Source: Antedon mediterranea (Eukaryota > Animalia > Echinodermata). From it: a DNA stretch of 64,000 nt. Below are positions 11,930 to 24,863 of this stretch, one piece after another (positions within the stretch are counted from its first letter, which is position 1; the number at the start of each line of letters is the position of its first letter). The stretch spans positions 650,201 to 714,200 of the forward strand of contig NC_092679.1 in assembly GCF_964355755.1 (NCBI RefSeq), given 5' to 3'. Below the pieces are notes generated by a model. The model saw only the letters and a list, made by a program, of their open reading frames with translations. It ran no database searches and was not told where the DNA came from. The position numbers and the translations under genes are program-made.

Positions 11930-13985
11930 GAGTACGGAGCATTCCCGGTAGACATAACAAGAAGGAAACGAGGCAAGAAAGGATTCGGGTAAAAATGAGG
12001 AAAAGTGTTAATAAATGTCCACTCCCCTCCATTATTCTTGCCAAAGTTAGATGGCTACCAAATAAAATTGATGAAATTAGCAGTAATATTTACAGGAGTT
12101 TTGTGATGTTAATTTAATGTGTTTTAGCGAGACCTGGCTGGGGGTAGATGTTCCCGATAGTGCATTACAGATACCAAATTATGAGCTTATTAGAGGTTAC
12201 AGAACAAGAGAATCGGACAAAAACAGAGGTGGTGGTGTATGTCTTTACTTCAACAATAAATGGTGCAATAATTGATTCGTTAAAGAAAGTTATTGTTCAC
12301 CAGACAGAGTTGATTATAGTTGGTTTGCGGCCATTCTATTTGCCGCGTGAATTCACCCAGGTATTTGTTGTTGTCACCCAAATGCAAATGAGGCGATTGC
12401 AAAAAAAAAAGTTAAGACGCAGGCTAAACGATATCGAAAATAAATCACCGGATTCAATTTAACTCGTACTGGGTGATTTTAACAAATGCCACTTTAACTA
12501 TCTGGGTTATGAGCAATATATTACCAAACCAACTAGAGGCGCTCGATCTTAGACAAATGTTTCGGAAACATTAAGTGTGAATATAATGTGAAATCTCGAG
12601 TGCTACTTGCAGCATCTGATCATAATACAATGTGTATGTTGCTGAAATACAGACAACGTGTTAAGCAATTCAAGCCAATCACAATCGACTACCGCGCCTG
12701 GACTGAAGATGCAGTGGATACACTACGCGGTTGCTTCGAATGTACTGACTGATAACAATATTGACACTAATGTTACTGCTGTAAATGAGTACATTAAATA
12801 TTGTGTAGGAAATGTGATCCCAATCAAATACAAGAAAGTGTACGCAACAAACCATGAATGTCGAGAAACATCAGACTGCTATTAATTGAGAAACAACAGG
12901 CTTTTGCAGATAACAAAAGCAGTGTTGTTAAACAGAAACAAAAAGAAATCAACAAGTTAATCCAATCCAGTAAAGCTGAATATGGTAGAACTCTTGAAAA
13001 TAAAATTAAGAACTGCGATAGTCGTGGAGCATGGAAGGCAATGCGAACAATGTCTGGTATTAACTGTAAACAAAGTAATGACAATAGTAATAATAACAAT
13101 TTTAATTATAACCTCGCAAATGACCTAAATGAATTTTACTGCCGATTTGATAAACATGATTTTAGCAATAACATAAGTGCAATAACAAGGTCATTAGAAA
13201 ACGAAACAAAAAGCGAATCCACTAGTTGAAGTATCGATGAAATTTTAGTCGGGCGCGTGTTCTTAGGTGTTAAGGTGAACAAAGCTACGGGCCCTGACGG
13301 TATTAGCAATAAAGTGCTGAAGTTCTGTAGTCACCAACTCTCCCCAGTATACAACTATTGATACTGTAGTTATCCCAACTATTTGGAAGACTTCATTAAT
13401 AGCACCATTGCCTAAAACTAAATAAATTACTTTCCTAAACGATTACCGTTTCGTAGCTATACGTTATACGTTCTAATGTTTAACTTAACTTGTTACTATG
13501 GTAACACGTATGAATACAATAAAAAGCAATTTGAACGCATAGTTAAAAGAGCTAAGAAATGCATAAATGGAGATAATAATCTTCCTAGTGTTATGGAAAT
13601 GTATGATAATCGAATGGAACAAAAAAGAATTGCAATTATGAACGATGACATTCATCCACTCCGTACATCCTTCGTGTTTAATCGTACTGGGTGTAGACTA
13701 AGAGTACCATCAAGGTTACGGACAGCACGGTACCGACTATCGTTTGTCCCACAATGCATATTTAAATATAATGACAACAACACAAATAGTTGTATTTTCG
13801 AACACCTGCAACGCCTGATTGCATTTATCCTCTGTACATATTTTATTGTTCTGTGTATTTTACTTTGTGTTTTAACATTTTACTGATTTTATTCTATTTT
13901 TATAGTATGTTGCCATGAGAAAAACCAATTTTAAATCTTTCGTTAACAAACTATTTGACAATAAAGTTATCTTGTATCTTGTATG
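11930..13985 (+). mobile_element. Decayed non-LTR retrotransposon (Rex1/Babar-like), RT core deleted
   Basis: Frameshifted APE endonuclease motifs (CPLPSIILA, CFSETWL, GGGVCLY, LRPFYLPREF, VLGDFN, SDHN), linker LANDLNEFYCRFD, KATGPDGI, C-terminal RTARYRLSFVP, and AATAAA followed by a (TATCTTG)n tail. Confidence 0.88.
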
Positions 13986-14038
13986 ACAAGTTAACTAAAA
14001 TTTGAATTTAAATACATTTATTGGAAGATCCAATCTAA

Positions 14039-14200
14039 AGCTCTGTCTACACTATCAAACTAATTTGACAAAAAAAAGATTTATGTGCCCAAATATGGTA
14101 GTGGTATGCCCAAATATGGTAGTGATATGACATCATCATGTCCATATATGGGCACATCACATATTTTTGTCACATAAAGTTTGATAGTATACACATAGTT
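14039..14200 (-). mobile_element. PIF/Harbinger-like MITE, family A
   Basis: Same TIR, body in reverse orientation, TAA at both flanks. Confidence 0.82.
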
Positions 14201-15621
14201 TAACATACACCAGTTTACTATTTTTCTCCACAAACAATTACAACTTATATTTCTGATAACATACGTATTATTTAATGAATTAACGTGAATGCCAGTAAAA
14301 TCAACAATATTTAATAAAATTCTGGATTACATAAAACATTGATTTACAATTTTAAATGCCAGAAAATTAAGAAAAATACAAGTTAAAAGTTTTCTCTATA
14401 TCAAAAAAAAAAATACAAATCTATAAACTTGACATTTAGTTTTAAATTTTTTGCCTAATATGTGATGAATTCTTCCCCGAGGATTTGTTAATTTTGACTA
14501 CAAGAACAAAATGCCAAAAAAAATGAATTACTTGTGCTTATAGGTGACATCCTAAAGCATCATGTTGATAGTATTCAACAACTCAAGCAAGTGACAAACT
14601 CAACAAAATAGCCGATGGGTAAAATTATAATAATTGCAAATTGCAAAACAACAGCGATATAGACATATATGTTTACTAAAACAAATTAAATGCATGTTTC
14701 TACCTCAATACATTTACAGATACTCTTCATTTGACACAAGAAAATTAGTTTTAACAAAATGAGGGTCACTTGAATTCATGTTTAAAAGTTATTATCTTAA
14801 AAGAAACATCATAACAAGAATAAAGTTTGATCCTCAAACTTCAAGTACAAATATGAATTAGTTTAGATGGTAAAAAAGAGCGATTACAAGATTCTTTCAG
14901 CGTCCTAGTTTGTGTGATAAACAATCTAAATTTGAAGATTTAAAGCCACCTTCTTCTTCAACATCTGGAATATTTGCCGACAAAATGGTTTTGTTATCCA
15001 GAATATTAGTTGGATCGTTGAATCAATAACACAAAGTGGACGCTTTTACGTTACAGCGGATATTATTATACTTTAGATTTTAAAAGATAACAATAATTTT
15101 GAAGGTTTTACGAGAAACTTCTGATTAATGACAAAATATTAAGCTTCAGAAATGGGTAGTTATAAGTTTATAAAAACAGTCTTGGAAAGAAGTTTTATAT
15201 GTTTTTATTCATAATTCCTAATCTTTATGAAGTAATCGATAGATTCGGCAGAGTTTAAAATCTAAACATACATTAAACAGATATCAAGAATAAACTTTTT
15301 TAAATAACAATAAAAGTAAACTTTAAACTAAAACAAAATATCACTGTACTGACAGCAATTACCTAAAGGGCAGTATTTATATTGGAGATTAGTTTTTGGG
15401 AGCCACCTTTTTTATGTAAATATTATTCAAATTACTTCTGTTCAAACTAGTATCTTAGTGGCGTCTTTTGCTATTAGACTTAAATAATGCCTTGAAGGAG
15501 AAAAGTATCTAAAGGTGTTTTTCTTAGAAGATTTTAAATTAAACAAAATTGGTTATATGAAATCTGACATAATGACAAGGATAACGACATTTTATAGTCA
15601 TGTGTTTGTCATGTGACTTAC

Positions 15622-15685
15622 TTCATTCAAATGCTTAGCAACATGACCACGTCCACATCCTAAATCAAGAGCTATGTCAAACTTT
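15622..15685 (-). CDS. NDUFAF5: NDUFAF5 coding exon 3 (SAM-binding motif I)
   Basis: cccag|...|gtaagt, 64 bp, encodes (R)KFDIALDLGCGRGHVAKHLNE; compare NDUFAF5 FPLALDLGCGRGYIA. Confidence 0.92.
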
Positions 15686-15805
15686 CTGGGAAAAAAAATA
15701 ACTGTTATGTTTTAACGTGTGGATTATCAAAGACAATACAATGATTTTATTTGTTCGTTTTCATGAATAAACATCATCATTGTTTTTGATCAGATTTATA
15801 ATTAC

Positions 15806-15846
15806 CTTGTAACATCACGCAATCTGTCAACTAGCCTATAAGCTAC
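15806..15846 (-). CDS. NDUFAF5: NDUFAF5 coding exon 2
   Basis: gcag|...|gtaatt, 41 bp, VAYRLVDRLRDVT(R); phases consistent with neighbours. Confidence 0.9.
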
Positions 15847-15982
15847 CTGCAAACAAATAAAAAACACAATAAAACAAGAGGCATCCGATATAAAATCAAC
15901 AAATTATCAAAAAAATCCACATTATTGTACAATCAATCAATAAGATAATATCAAAATAATGTCATTAAAATATTATGCACAC

Positions 15983-16357
15983 CTCATCTTTCAAATAATC
16001 GTACACATGGACGTCTGCTGCCATCGCAGCCCTATCGCGTTGCATCTGTTTGGTTTTCCGATCAAATACATTCATTGTATGTTCAGTTGATGAATGCTGC
16101 CATTTTGCTAGGATCATGAAATTCGAATTAAATTTTTGTATCCATTTTGACCTTTGGCAAACAAATTCATTTGATAAACAAATATTTGAGGAATTGGTAA
16201 AATATCTATGTTGTGTTAAATTGTTGCAATATACTGATAGTGTCTTAACACACTGTGTTCTGGTTTTATAACATTGTGTCCATCGTCGTTGTGTGTTGCA
16301 TATATGCAACAATCTCCTTTGAATGCATGACATCTTGACAACAACTTTATTAAACAT
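15983..16357 (-). CDS. NDUFAF5: NDUFAF5 coding exon 1 (mitochondrial presequence plus MNVFDRKTKQMQRDRAA...YDYLKDE)
   Basis: Basic N-terminal transit-like region then the conserved NxFDRxxKxxQxxxAA motif; acceptor caacag before 16361, donor GAG|gtgtgc. Confidence 0.9.
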
Positions 16358-16630
16358 TCATCTGTTGGAAGAAAAAAAAGAAACTTGATTTTTGTGCATT
16401 AAGCAAATTGCATCGTATAACATGTTTACTACAGAATTATATTTATACATTCACCTATCCTATTGGACTATGTAACAGTACATAGGTCATCAACTATGTA
16501 CAAGCTTTAGCTTTTTGTTGATGGACCATTTCATCTTTAATCTATTTTTCTTTTCGTTTTGAATAAATAAAATTAATGAAATGAAAAGACTATGTAGTTT
16601 TTATATTCAGAAGATATTTCTAATTATAGG

Positions 16631-16684
16631 AATTTGGGACGTTTTGGTCTTTAAGAAATGATGGTATTGGGCGAGTTGACTGTA
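16631..16684 (-). mobile_element. Tc1/mariner-pogo-like terminal fragment
   Basis: Reverse complement TA-CAGTCAACTCGCCCAATACC...GTCCCAAATTC matches the plus-strand copy at 33814-33870. Confidence 0.55.
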
Positions 16685-17296
16685 TTCATGTTTTTCTTCA
16701 AAACAAGTATGTTCACCTAATGTGTACTTTTCTTGTTTAATCTATTTCTAATATTTATCATTGTACAAAAGTACTCTTCTGAAGGTTACAAAGGTCATAT
16801 AGTTTGAAAATGAACCAATAAATAAGAATAATAATGTCTGTTAACTTGAACTAAAAGACTTCTTAAAGGCACAGAATAATGGTTATTTTCCGGCAGGTGA
16901 TACTAGCTCACATAGAATGCATTATCACTAAACTAACAATATTATAGCCATACATCCGATTCTGAACAATCAACGAAAGTTGTATTTGTAATTAAATGTT
17001 ATTACTGAAGTTTAAGAACTTTATATAAATTAATTTTTGCTAAATCGCTTAAAATGATTAATTTTAAACACTCAAATAATAAATGTTTTAGATTTTGAAA
17101 ATTAAGAATTTAAAATTTAGCAGCAAACATTTCACCAATGAAAATGTCAAGCCAGATAAATTATCATATTTATATATTCCATTTTGGTATTAATAATAAT
17201 GATATAAATGAATAATAATTACTCGGTCGTTTTTTGTTGGTTTTTTTAATAGAAAAAAATATTGTCCTCTTAAGGTTGAATCAACCATTTGACACC

Positions 17297-20200
17297 GTCA
17301 AAAGTGTCCCTGTCCACTTAATAGGAGTATCAAAAGTGTCCCTGTCCACTTAATAGGAGTGTCAAAAGGAGTGTCCCTGTCCACTTAATAGGAGTGTCCA
17401 AAAGAGTGTCCCTGTCCACTTAATAGGAGTGTCCAAAGGAGTGTCCCTGTCCACTTAATAGGAGTGTCCAAAGGAGTGTCCCTGTCCACTTAATAGGAGT
17501 GTCAAAAGTGTCCCTGTCCACTTAATAGGAGTGTCAAAAGGAGTGTCCCTGTCCACTTAATAGGAGTGTCCAAAAGAGTGTCCCTGTCCACTTAATAGGA
17601 GTGTCCAAAAGGAGTGTCCCTGTCCACTTAATAGGAGTGTCAAAAGTGTCCCTGTCCACTTAATAGGAGTGTCAAAAGGAGTGTCCCTGTCCACTTAATA
17701 GGAGTGTCCAAAAGGAGTGTCCCTGTCCACTTAATAGGAGTGTCCAAAGGAGTGTCCATGTCCACTTAATAGGAGTGTCCAAAAGGAGTGTCCCTGTCCA
17801 CTTAATAGGAGTGTCCAAAGGAGTGTCCATGTCCACTTAATAGGAGTGTCCAAAAGGAGTGTCCCTGTCCACTTAATAGGAGTGTCCAAAGGAGTGTCAC
17901 TGTCCACTTAATAGGAGTGTCAAAAGGAGTGTCCCTGTCCACTTAATAGGAGTGTCCAAAGGAGTGTCCCTGTCCACTTAATAGGAGTGTCCAAAAGGAG
18001 TGTCCCTGTCCACTTAATAGGAGTGTCCAAAAGGAGTGTTCCTGTCCACTTAATAGGAGTGTCCAAAGGAGTGTCCCTGTCCACTTAATAGGAGTGTCCA
18101 AAAGGAGTGTCCCTGTCCACTTAATATGAGTGTCCAAATGAGTGTCCCTGTCCACTTAATAGGAGTGTCCCTATCCACTTAATAGGAGTGTCCAAAGGAG
18201 TGTCCCTGTCCACTTAATAGGAGTGTCCAAAAGGAGTGTCCCTGTCCACTTAATAGGAGTGTCCAAAAGGAGTGTCCCTGTCCACTTAATAGGAGTGTCC
18301 AAAAGGAGTGTCCCTGTCCACTTAATAGGAGTGTCAAAAGGAGTGTCCCTGTCCACTTAATAGGAGTGTCAAAAGGAGTGTCCCTGTCCACTTAATAGGA
18401 GTGTCAAAAGTGTCCCTGTCCACTTAATAGGAGTGCCAAAAGGAGTGTCCCTGTCCACTTAATAGGAGTGCCAAAAGGAGTGTCCCTATGTCCACTTAAT
18501 AGGAGTGTCCAAAAGGAGTGTCCCTGTCCACTTAATAGGAGTGTCAAAAGTGTCCCTGTCCACTTAATACGAGTGTCAAAAGGAGTGTCCCTGTCCACTT
18601 AATAGGAATGTCAAAAGTGTCCCTGTCCACTTAATAGGAGTGCCAAAAGGAGTGTCCCTGTCCACTTAATAGGAGTGTCCAAAAGGAGTGTCCCTGTCCA
18701 CTTAATAGGAGTGTCAAAAGTGTCCCTGTCCACTTAATATTGACCCTGTCCACTTAATAGGAGTGCCAAAAGGAGTGTCCCTGTCCACTTAATAGGAGTG
18801 TCAAAAGTGTCCCTGTCCACTTAATAGGAGTGACAAAAGGAGTGTGCCTGTCCACTTAATAGGAGTGTCCAAAGGAGTGTCCCTGTCCACTTAATAGGAG
18901 TGTCCAAAAGGAGTGTCCCTGTCCACTTAATAAGAGTGTCAAAAGTGTCCCTGTCCACTTAATAGGAGTGTCCAAAAGGAGTGTCCCTGTCCACTTAATA
19001 GGAGTGTCCAAAAGGAGTGTCCCTGTCCACTTAATAGGAGTGTCAAAAGTGTCCCTGTCCACTTAATAGGAATGTCCAAAAGGAGTGTCCCTGTCCGCTT
19101 AATAGGAGTGTCCAAAGGAGTGTCCCTGTCCACTTAATAGGAGTGTCCAAAAGGAGTGTCCCTGTCCACTTAATAGGAGTGTCAAAAGTGTCCCTGTCCA
19201 CTTAATAGGAGTGTCCAAAAGGAGTGTCCCTGTCCACTTAATAGGAATGTCAAAAAGGAGTGTCCCTGTCCGCTTAATAGGAGTGTCCAAAGGAGTGTCC
19301 CTGTCCACTTAATAGGAGTGTCCAAAAGGAGTGTCCCTGTCCGCTTAATAGGAGTGTCCAAAGGAGTGTCCCTGTCCACTTAATAGGAGTGTCCAAAAGG
19401 AGTGTCCCTGTCCACTTAATAGGAGTGTCAAAAGTGTCCCTGTCCACTTAATAGGAATGTCCAAAAGGAGTGTCCCTGTCCGCTTAATAGGAGTGTCCAA
19501 AGGAGTGTCCCTGTCCACTTAATAGGAGTGTCCAAAAGGAGTGTCCCTGTCCACTTAATAGGAGTGTCAAAAGTGTCCCTGTCCACTTAATAGGAGTGTC
19601 CAAAAGGAGTGTCCCTGTCCACTTAATAGGAGTGTCCAAAAGGAGTGTCCCTGTCCACTTAATAGGAGTGTCCAAAAGGAGTGTCCCTGTCCACTTAATA
19701 GGAGTGTCAAAAGGAGTGTCCCTGTCCACTTAATAGGAGTGTCAAAAGGAGTGTCCCTGTCCACTTAATAGGAGAGTCAAAAGTGTCCCTGTCCACTTAA
19801 TAGGAGTGTCCAAAGGAGTGTCACTGTCCACTTAATAGGAGTGTCCAAAAGGAGTGTCCCTGTCCACTTAATAGGAGTGTCCAAAATGAGTGTCCCTGTC
19901 CACTTAATAGGAGTGTCAAAAGTGTCCCTGTCCACTTAATAGGAGTGCCAAAAGGAGTGTCCCTGTCCACTTAATAGGAGTGTCCAAAGGAGTGTCCCTT
20001 TCCACTTAATAGGAGTGTCCAAAGTGTCCCTGTCCACTTAATAGGAGTGTCAAAAGTGTCCCTGTCCAATTAATAGGAGTGTCAAAAGGGTCCCTGTCCA
20101 CTTAATAGGAGTGTCCAAAAGGAGTGTCCCTGTCCACTTAATAGGAGTGTCAAAAGTGTCCCTGTCCACTTAATAGGAGTGTCAAAAGGGTCCCTGTCCA

Positions 20201-20710
20201 CTTAATAGGAGTGTCCCTGTCCACTTAATAGGAGTGTCCCTGTCCACTTAATAGGAGTGTCTAAAAGGAGTGTCCCTGTCCACATAATAGGAGTGTCAAA
20301 AGTGTCCCTGTCCACTTAATAGGAGTGTCCGAAAGGAGTGTCCCTGTCCCCTTAATAGGAGTGTCCAAAAGGAGTGTCCCTGTCCACTTAATAGGAGTGT
20401 CCAAAAGGAGTGTCCCTGTCCACTTAATAGGAGTGCCAAAAGGAGTGTCCCTGTCCACTTAATAGGAGTGTCAAAAGTGTCCCTGTCCACTTAATAGGAG
20501 TGTCCAAAAGGAGTGTCCCTGTCCGCTTAATAGGAGTGTCCAAAAGAAGTGTCCCTGTCCACTTAATAGGAGTGTCCAAAAGGAGTGTCCCTGTCCGCTT
20601 AATAGGAGTGTCCCTGTCCACTTAATAGGAGTGTCCAAAAGGAGTGTCCCTGTCCACTTAATAGGAGTGTCCAAAAGGAGTGTCCCTGTCCACTTAATAG
20701 GAGTGTCAAA
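17297..20710. repeat. 3.4-kb minisatellite, core GTGTCCCTGTCCACTTAATAGGAGTGTC with variable linker (units mostly 32/35/36 bp), roughly 100 copies
   Basis: Read directly; explains all MDRDT/WTGTLL ORFs. Confidence 0.98.
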
Positions 20711-21886
20711 AGAAGGGGCTTTACTGTTATAATTTTAAAATTCAAAAAGATCTATTATCGGAGTCAAACCATGTTCTTAAAGGTTACAACTAAATCTCAC
20801 TTACTGGTGACAATATTGAGAACAATTTATAGTAACAAAAAGCACTTTGAATAAAAAGGGGGTCAAATATGTCGAAAACACTTTAGTGTTGCAACCATTA
20901 GTTCTAATTTTACCTCCAAAAGTACAAACTAAATGGAACCACAAGTAGAAATAAAATAGAGGCATGTTAAGTAGAGGCAAGATGAAATGTTCCAACTTAA
21001 TGGACGTGTGTGTTAATGCCTCTTTTGTTTTTTGTATCAATTCTAGAAACCGTATCAAATTACCTTTCTGACCACAATTATCTTAAGCAACATTGAAAAA
21101 GCTAAAGTAGAGACACATAAATGTCAATACGGATGAAAATACGATATGCAAATCAATTAACCAACTTTACATGAACATTGCGCTAAACACTTACTGCCAA
21201 TTTAAGTCATCTCACTTCTATTTATCTTTATAAGATCACCTAACATGGTCTCACACCTTCTCAAATTCTACAAACATTTTGGAATTAACTTTCGAGCACT
21301 AAAATAACAGAATCCATTAACAATTGAGAGAAGATGTTTTAAATCACGTCTTTCTCAATTAACAAGGCGAATATTATGGCAATTTGCTATATGAACGTGA
21401 AATTGAACTTTTTTTTGAACACATCTGAAAATAGCATCGCTTTAGGACATTACAATCAGAATGTCTCTTAAAAGATCACAACGACAAAAAAACTTAATAG
21501 AAATATAATTTTGCTATAAAAAGTATTTATCTTTAGCCTAGATATAAACAAGTAATTACTAATACTAGTTAATTCAAGTTTTCTTTATATATTTAAAGTT
21601 TAAAATAAAATTTATAAACTTATGACCTTGAAACCAAGTTCATTGTTTTTAGTTACATGGTGAAGATGTGTAATAAATTCCTCAATAAATTATTAAAAAC
21701 ATTCGATATAATATTTATTTGATCATTGACATTTTTTGTTGGAAATGTTGATTTCAAGAGTAATCAACTATTTGGAAAATGAAGCTACTTTAGGCAAAGA
21801 TTTCCAATATTGGAACCGACATAAGACTCAAACTTTTAACAGTTGAATTATGATTATTGTTTTTTTTTATTTCTTATTTAATGCGT

Positions 21887-22230
21887 AACACTGTTCATAA
21901 AATTCTTAAGTTTTGTTTTATTAAATTTCTCAGAAGACTATTTCAAATTCAGAATATGTTTCAATTTTTCTACCTTCACATTGTCGATGTTTTAATTTAA
22001 TCTACACATCACTATTTATATAGATAAATTGTTACTTACAGATTACAATTAGAAAATTAACTAAACACTGTTCACTAAATTATATTCTTAACTTTTTTAT
22101 TAAATATCTTAGAAGACTATTTAAAAATCAGTATATTTCTATTTTTCTACCTTTACGTTAACGATTTTTTAACTTAATCTACACATCACTATTTATATAG
22201 ATAAATTGTTACTTACAGATTAAAATTATA
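21887..22230. repeat. Diverged tandem duplication of about 177 bp (2 copies)
   Basis: AACACTGTTCA...AATCTACACATCACTATTTATATAGATAAATTGTTACTTACAGATTA present at about 21887 and 22064. Confidence 0.85.
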
Positions 22231-23113
22231 TATAAATACCTCTTGAGATTGTGTACTAGGTTTCTTAATACTACTTGAACAAACAAAATTACCCGATTGA
22301 AGAGGGTAAGATTCAAGTCAGTAAACTCATAGAATGTATAATACATGTTGAGATTGTACCTAAGTGGGCATTATATTCACAACATACTACTTATACCGTA
22401 ATGCCTTAATACTGCAGCATCTCAAGAATGTATGGTTTATTTTATGATAGATTTTCAATAAAAATCTTTTTTTTTTAAATTTAAATTATTAATAGACCTA
22501 GGAGGCCTGCCTAGAATATTGTATTGAAAATCAATCAATAACAAACTGTTTCTCTACTACTACTGTAAGTAAATCAGGCAAATCTATAAAGTCAAGTCAA
22601 GTCTTCACATATAAGCTATCAAAGAAAATAACTTTTTTATTTGAAAACAATCATTTAATTTATTTATTCAAATTTTTTAAAATTATATCTAAAAAAAGTC
22701 AATTTAACTTATTTAAGGGGGTTTTTTTTAAGACCGATTTCCATTCTGTTTTCATAAGTTTCCAAACCCAGGCTAGATGAACCCTATCGAATATTTTGTA
22801 TGTTAATATATTGGTAAATTTAACTTTCATAAAGGTCCACCTTTTATTATTTTAAATAACATTCTAATTTAATGATAGCTGTGTTTAATATACTGTAGTT
22901 ATATAAGTATGTAACTGTATTTAGTAGCGCTGAAATATTTATAAAAATAGAGGGCGACAAAGCAAAACTAAATAAAGACAGGGTCCTGCTGCCCAAGGCC
23001 TAGTATGGTCAGGGAGATGTTTACACCCTGCCCTGCCTGGAATGGTCTTTAGTAGGCCGGCCTATCTAGCCATTCGGATAGCCTACCTAGCCTAAGCCTA
23101 AGCAAAAATATAC

Positions 23114-23315
23114 CGTGAATATTCTGCCATTATTGCTACGATAGCTGGAAATGCTGATATCCAGTGGTATCAGTTCATTTAAGCTCTAAGAAATTAAACC
23201 TCTCTAGCTAAAAATGAAAAGAACGTCTCACACAACGTGTGCCCATCATCCTCTTTTCATACGTCCTCCATTTTTCGTCGCAAATTAAACAAAATAGTAG
23301 AGCGCCCTCAGTAGT
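23114..23315 (-). promoter_or_regulatory. Probable promoter and first (leader) exon of NDUFAF5
   Basis: Local CpG enrichment, GAGGGCGC motif, YY1-like AAAATGGAG, donor ACG|gtatat at 23113; no closer candidate promoter seen upstream of the 16361 acceptor. Confidence 0.5.
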
Positions 23316-24655
23316 TTATCTTCTGACAAATAAAATATTATAACAAAAATGTTGAAATGAAAAAAATAAATCAATTTATTGTGTTGACAAAGATTTGAGG
23401 AGAAAAACAGAAGAATTCCTTCAATAAAAGGATGAATTGAGGATGAAAGGGCAGGTACATAAAATTCAATGATGGATACAGGCCTATAACCTAATTATCT
23501 TTAACTCTTTTTTGTTTTGTACATTTAATTTATTTTGTATAATTGCTTTTTATTGTAAAGGCCTCTTCACAACTAAATATATTGTTTATTATATAAATTT
23601 ATTTTTTTAAAGATCATAGGACTGCTGACTCTTGTAGTAGTACAGTAATCTTATTTACTTTACCAGTCTCTGACCAATTCATCTCTGTATATCAAAAGTA
23701 ATAAACAGAATAAAATTAGTTTAATAATACGACAATGACAATAAAAGTGCTTTTCAATATAATAGAAGTGTTTTTATTTGGTACCGTCATAACAATTTTT
23801 AAGATTTACAGAATTTTGTATGTATTTAGATTTAATATTAACAGATTTACAATATCTCTGGTATAGATAATTGGATTTCAAACGTTTTACGACCTAGAGC
23901 AATGATACGAAAGACGTGTAGAACCTATCTAATCCAGTAGTCCATGTGCTTTATCAATTCAGTCCATGTTGTTTCTTTCACATTCTTCGATTTAGGACAC
24001 CAGGACATCGTTTTATTATCATCTAAAAAACAGCAGAAAATGCTGTACATTGTGGAAATGTAGTTAATGAACAAACAACTCAATATTAAAGGTACCACTA
24101 CATAAAGAAACAATCTACGTTCCGCATTAAGAATCTCGGTATAAATGTTATTTTTCATTCTCAAATATTTAAACTAGAAATTGCAAGTGAGTGCTGTGAG
24201 AATTACAATATTTACGATAACGTTGCCTAGTGAGGGATCATGTCAACTGCAGTAACTGCAGTAGAACAATTCTGATATGATCCTATTACAATAATTGTGT
24301 AGTATTTAGCAATCTTATCAAACCAAAGATGAATAGTGTAATAGATTGATTCAAGTTGATAAGTGGACATAAAATAACATTAAACAACAAACACAACATT
24401 TTCATGTTTGATAAAACTAAACATTATCAATTATCCAACATGATTGATTGAGTCAATCATTAATATTAACATCATTATAGATAATTATGATAATTTATTT
24501 AGAATAACTACATTAATTGGAATATAATTTAGCATCATTTTTAGCATTTTTAGACATTAACAACATAATTAAATATTTTTGAAGAATCTTATTTTAAACC
24601 ATAGTTAAAATTTCCTAGATTTTCAAATTGAAAAAAAAATTGTTTCTAGTTTAAA

Positions 24656-24863
24656 AGCTTGGTGCAAGAACTTGATTGGTCAAATTATGTTACATGTAAG
24701 AACATGATTGGTCAAATTCTGTTACATGTAAGAACATGATTGGTCAAATTCTGTTACATGTAAGAACATGATTGGTCAAATTCTGTTACATGTAAGAACA
24801 TGATTGGTCAAATTCTGTTACATGTAAGGCGTCCTTACATTTAGTCTTGATGGGAAACAAGCT
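24656..24863. mobile_element. Harbinger-like MITE with internal 32-bp tandem repeat (TGATTGGTCAAATTCTGTTACATGTAAGAACA x5)
   Basis: Ends AGCTTGG...GGGAAACAAGCT resemble the 32443-32549 element; the tandem repeat is unambiguous. Confidence 0.6.

Noticed and set aside
14900-15030. Coding-like minus-strand stretch NDPTNILDNKTILSANIPDVEEEGG as next NDUFAF5 exon
   Set aside because: No similarity to the expected NDUFAF5 sequence and no convincing acceptor.
17297-20710. CRISPR-like array (conserved core about 28 bp, period about 35 bp)
   Set aside because: Linkers are 0-8 bp variants of one A/G motif, not unique spacers; no cas genes; eukaryotic intron context.
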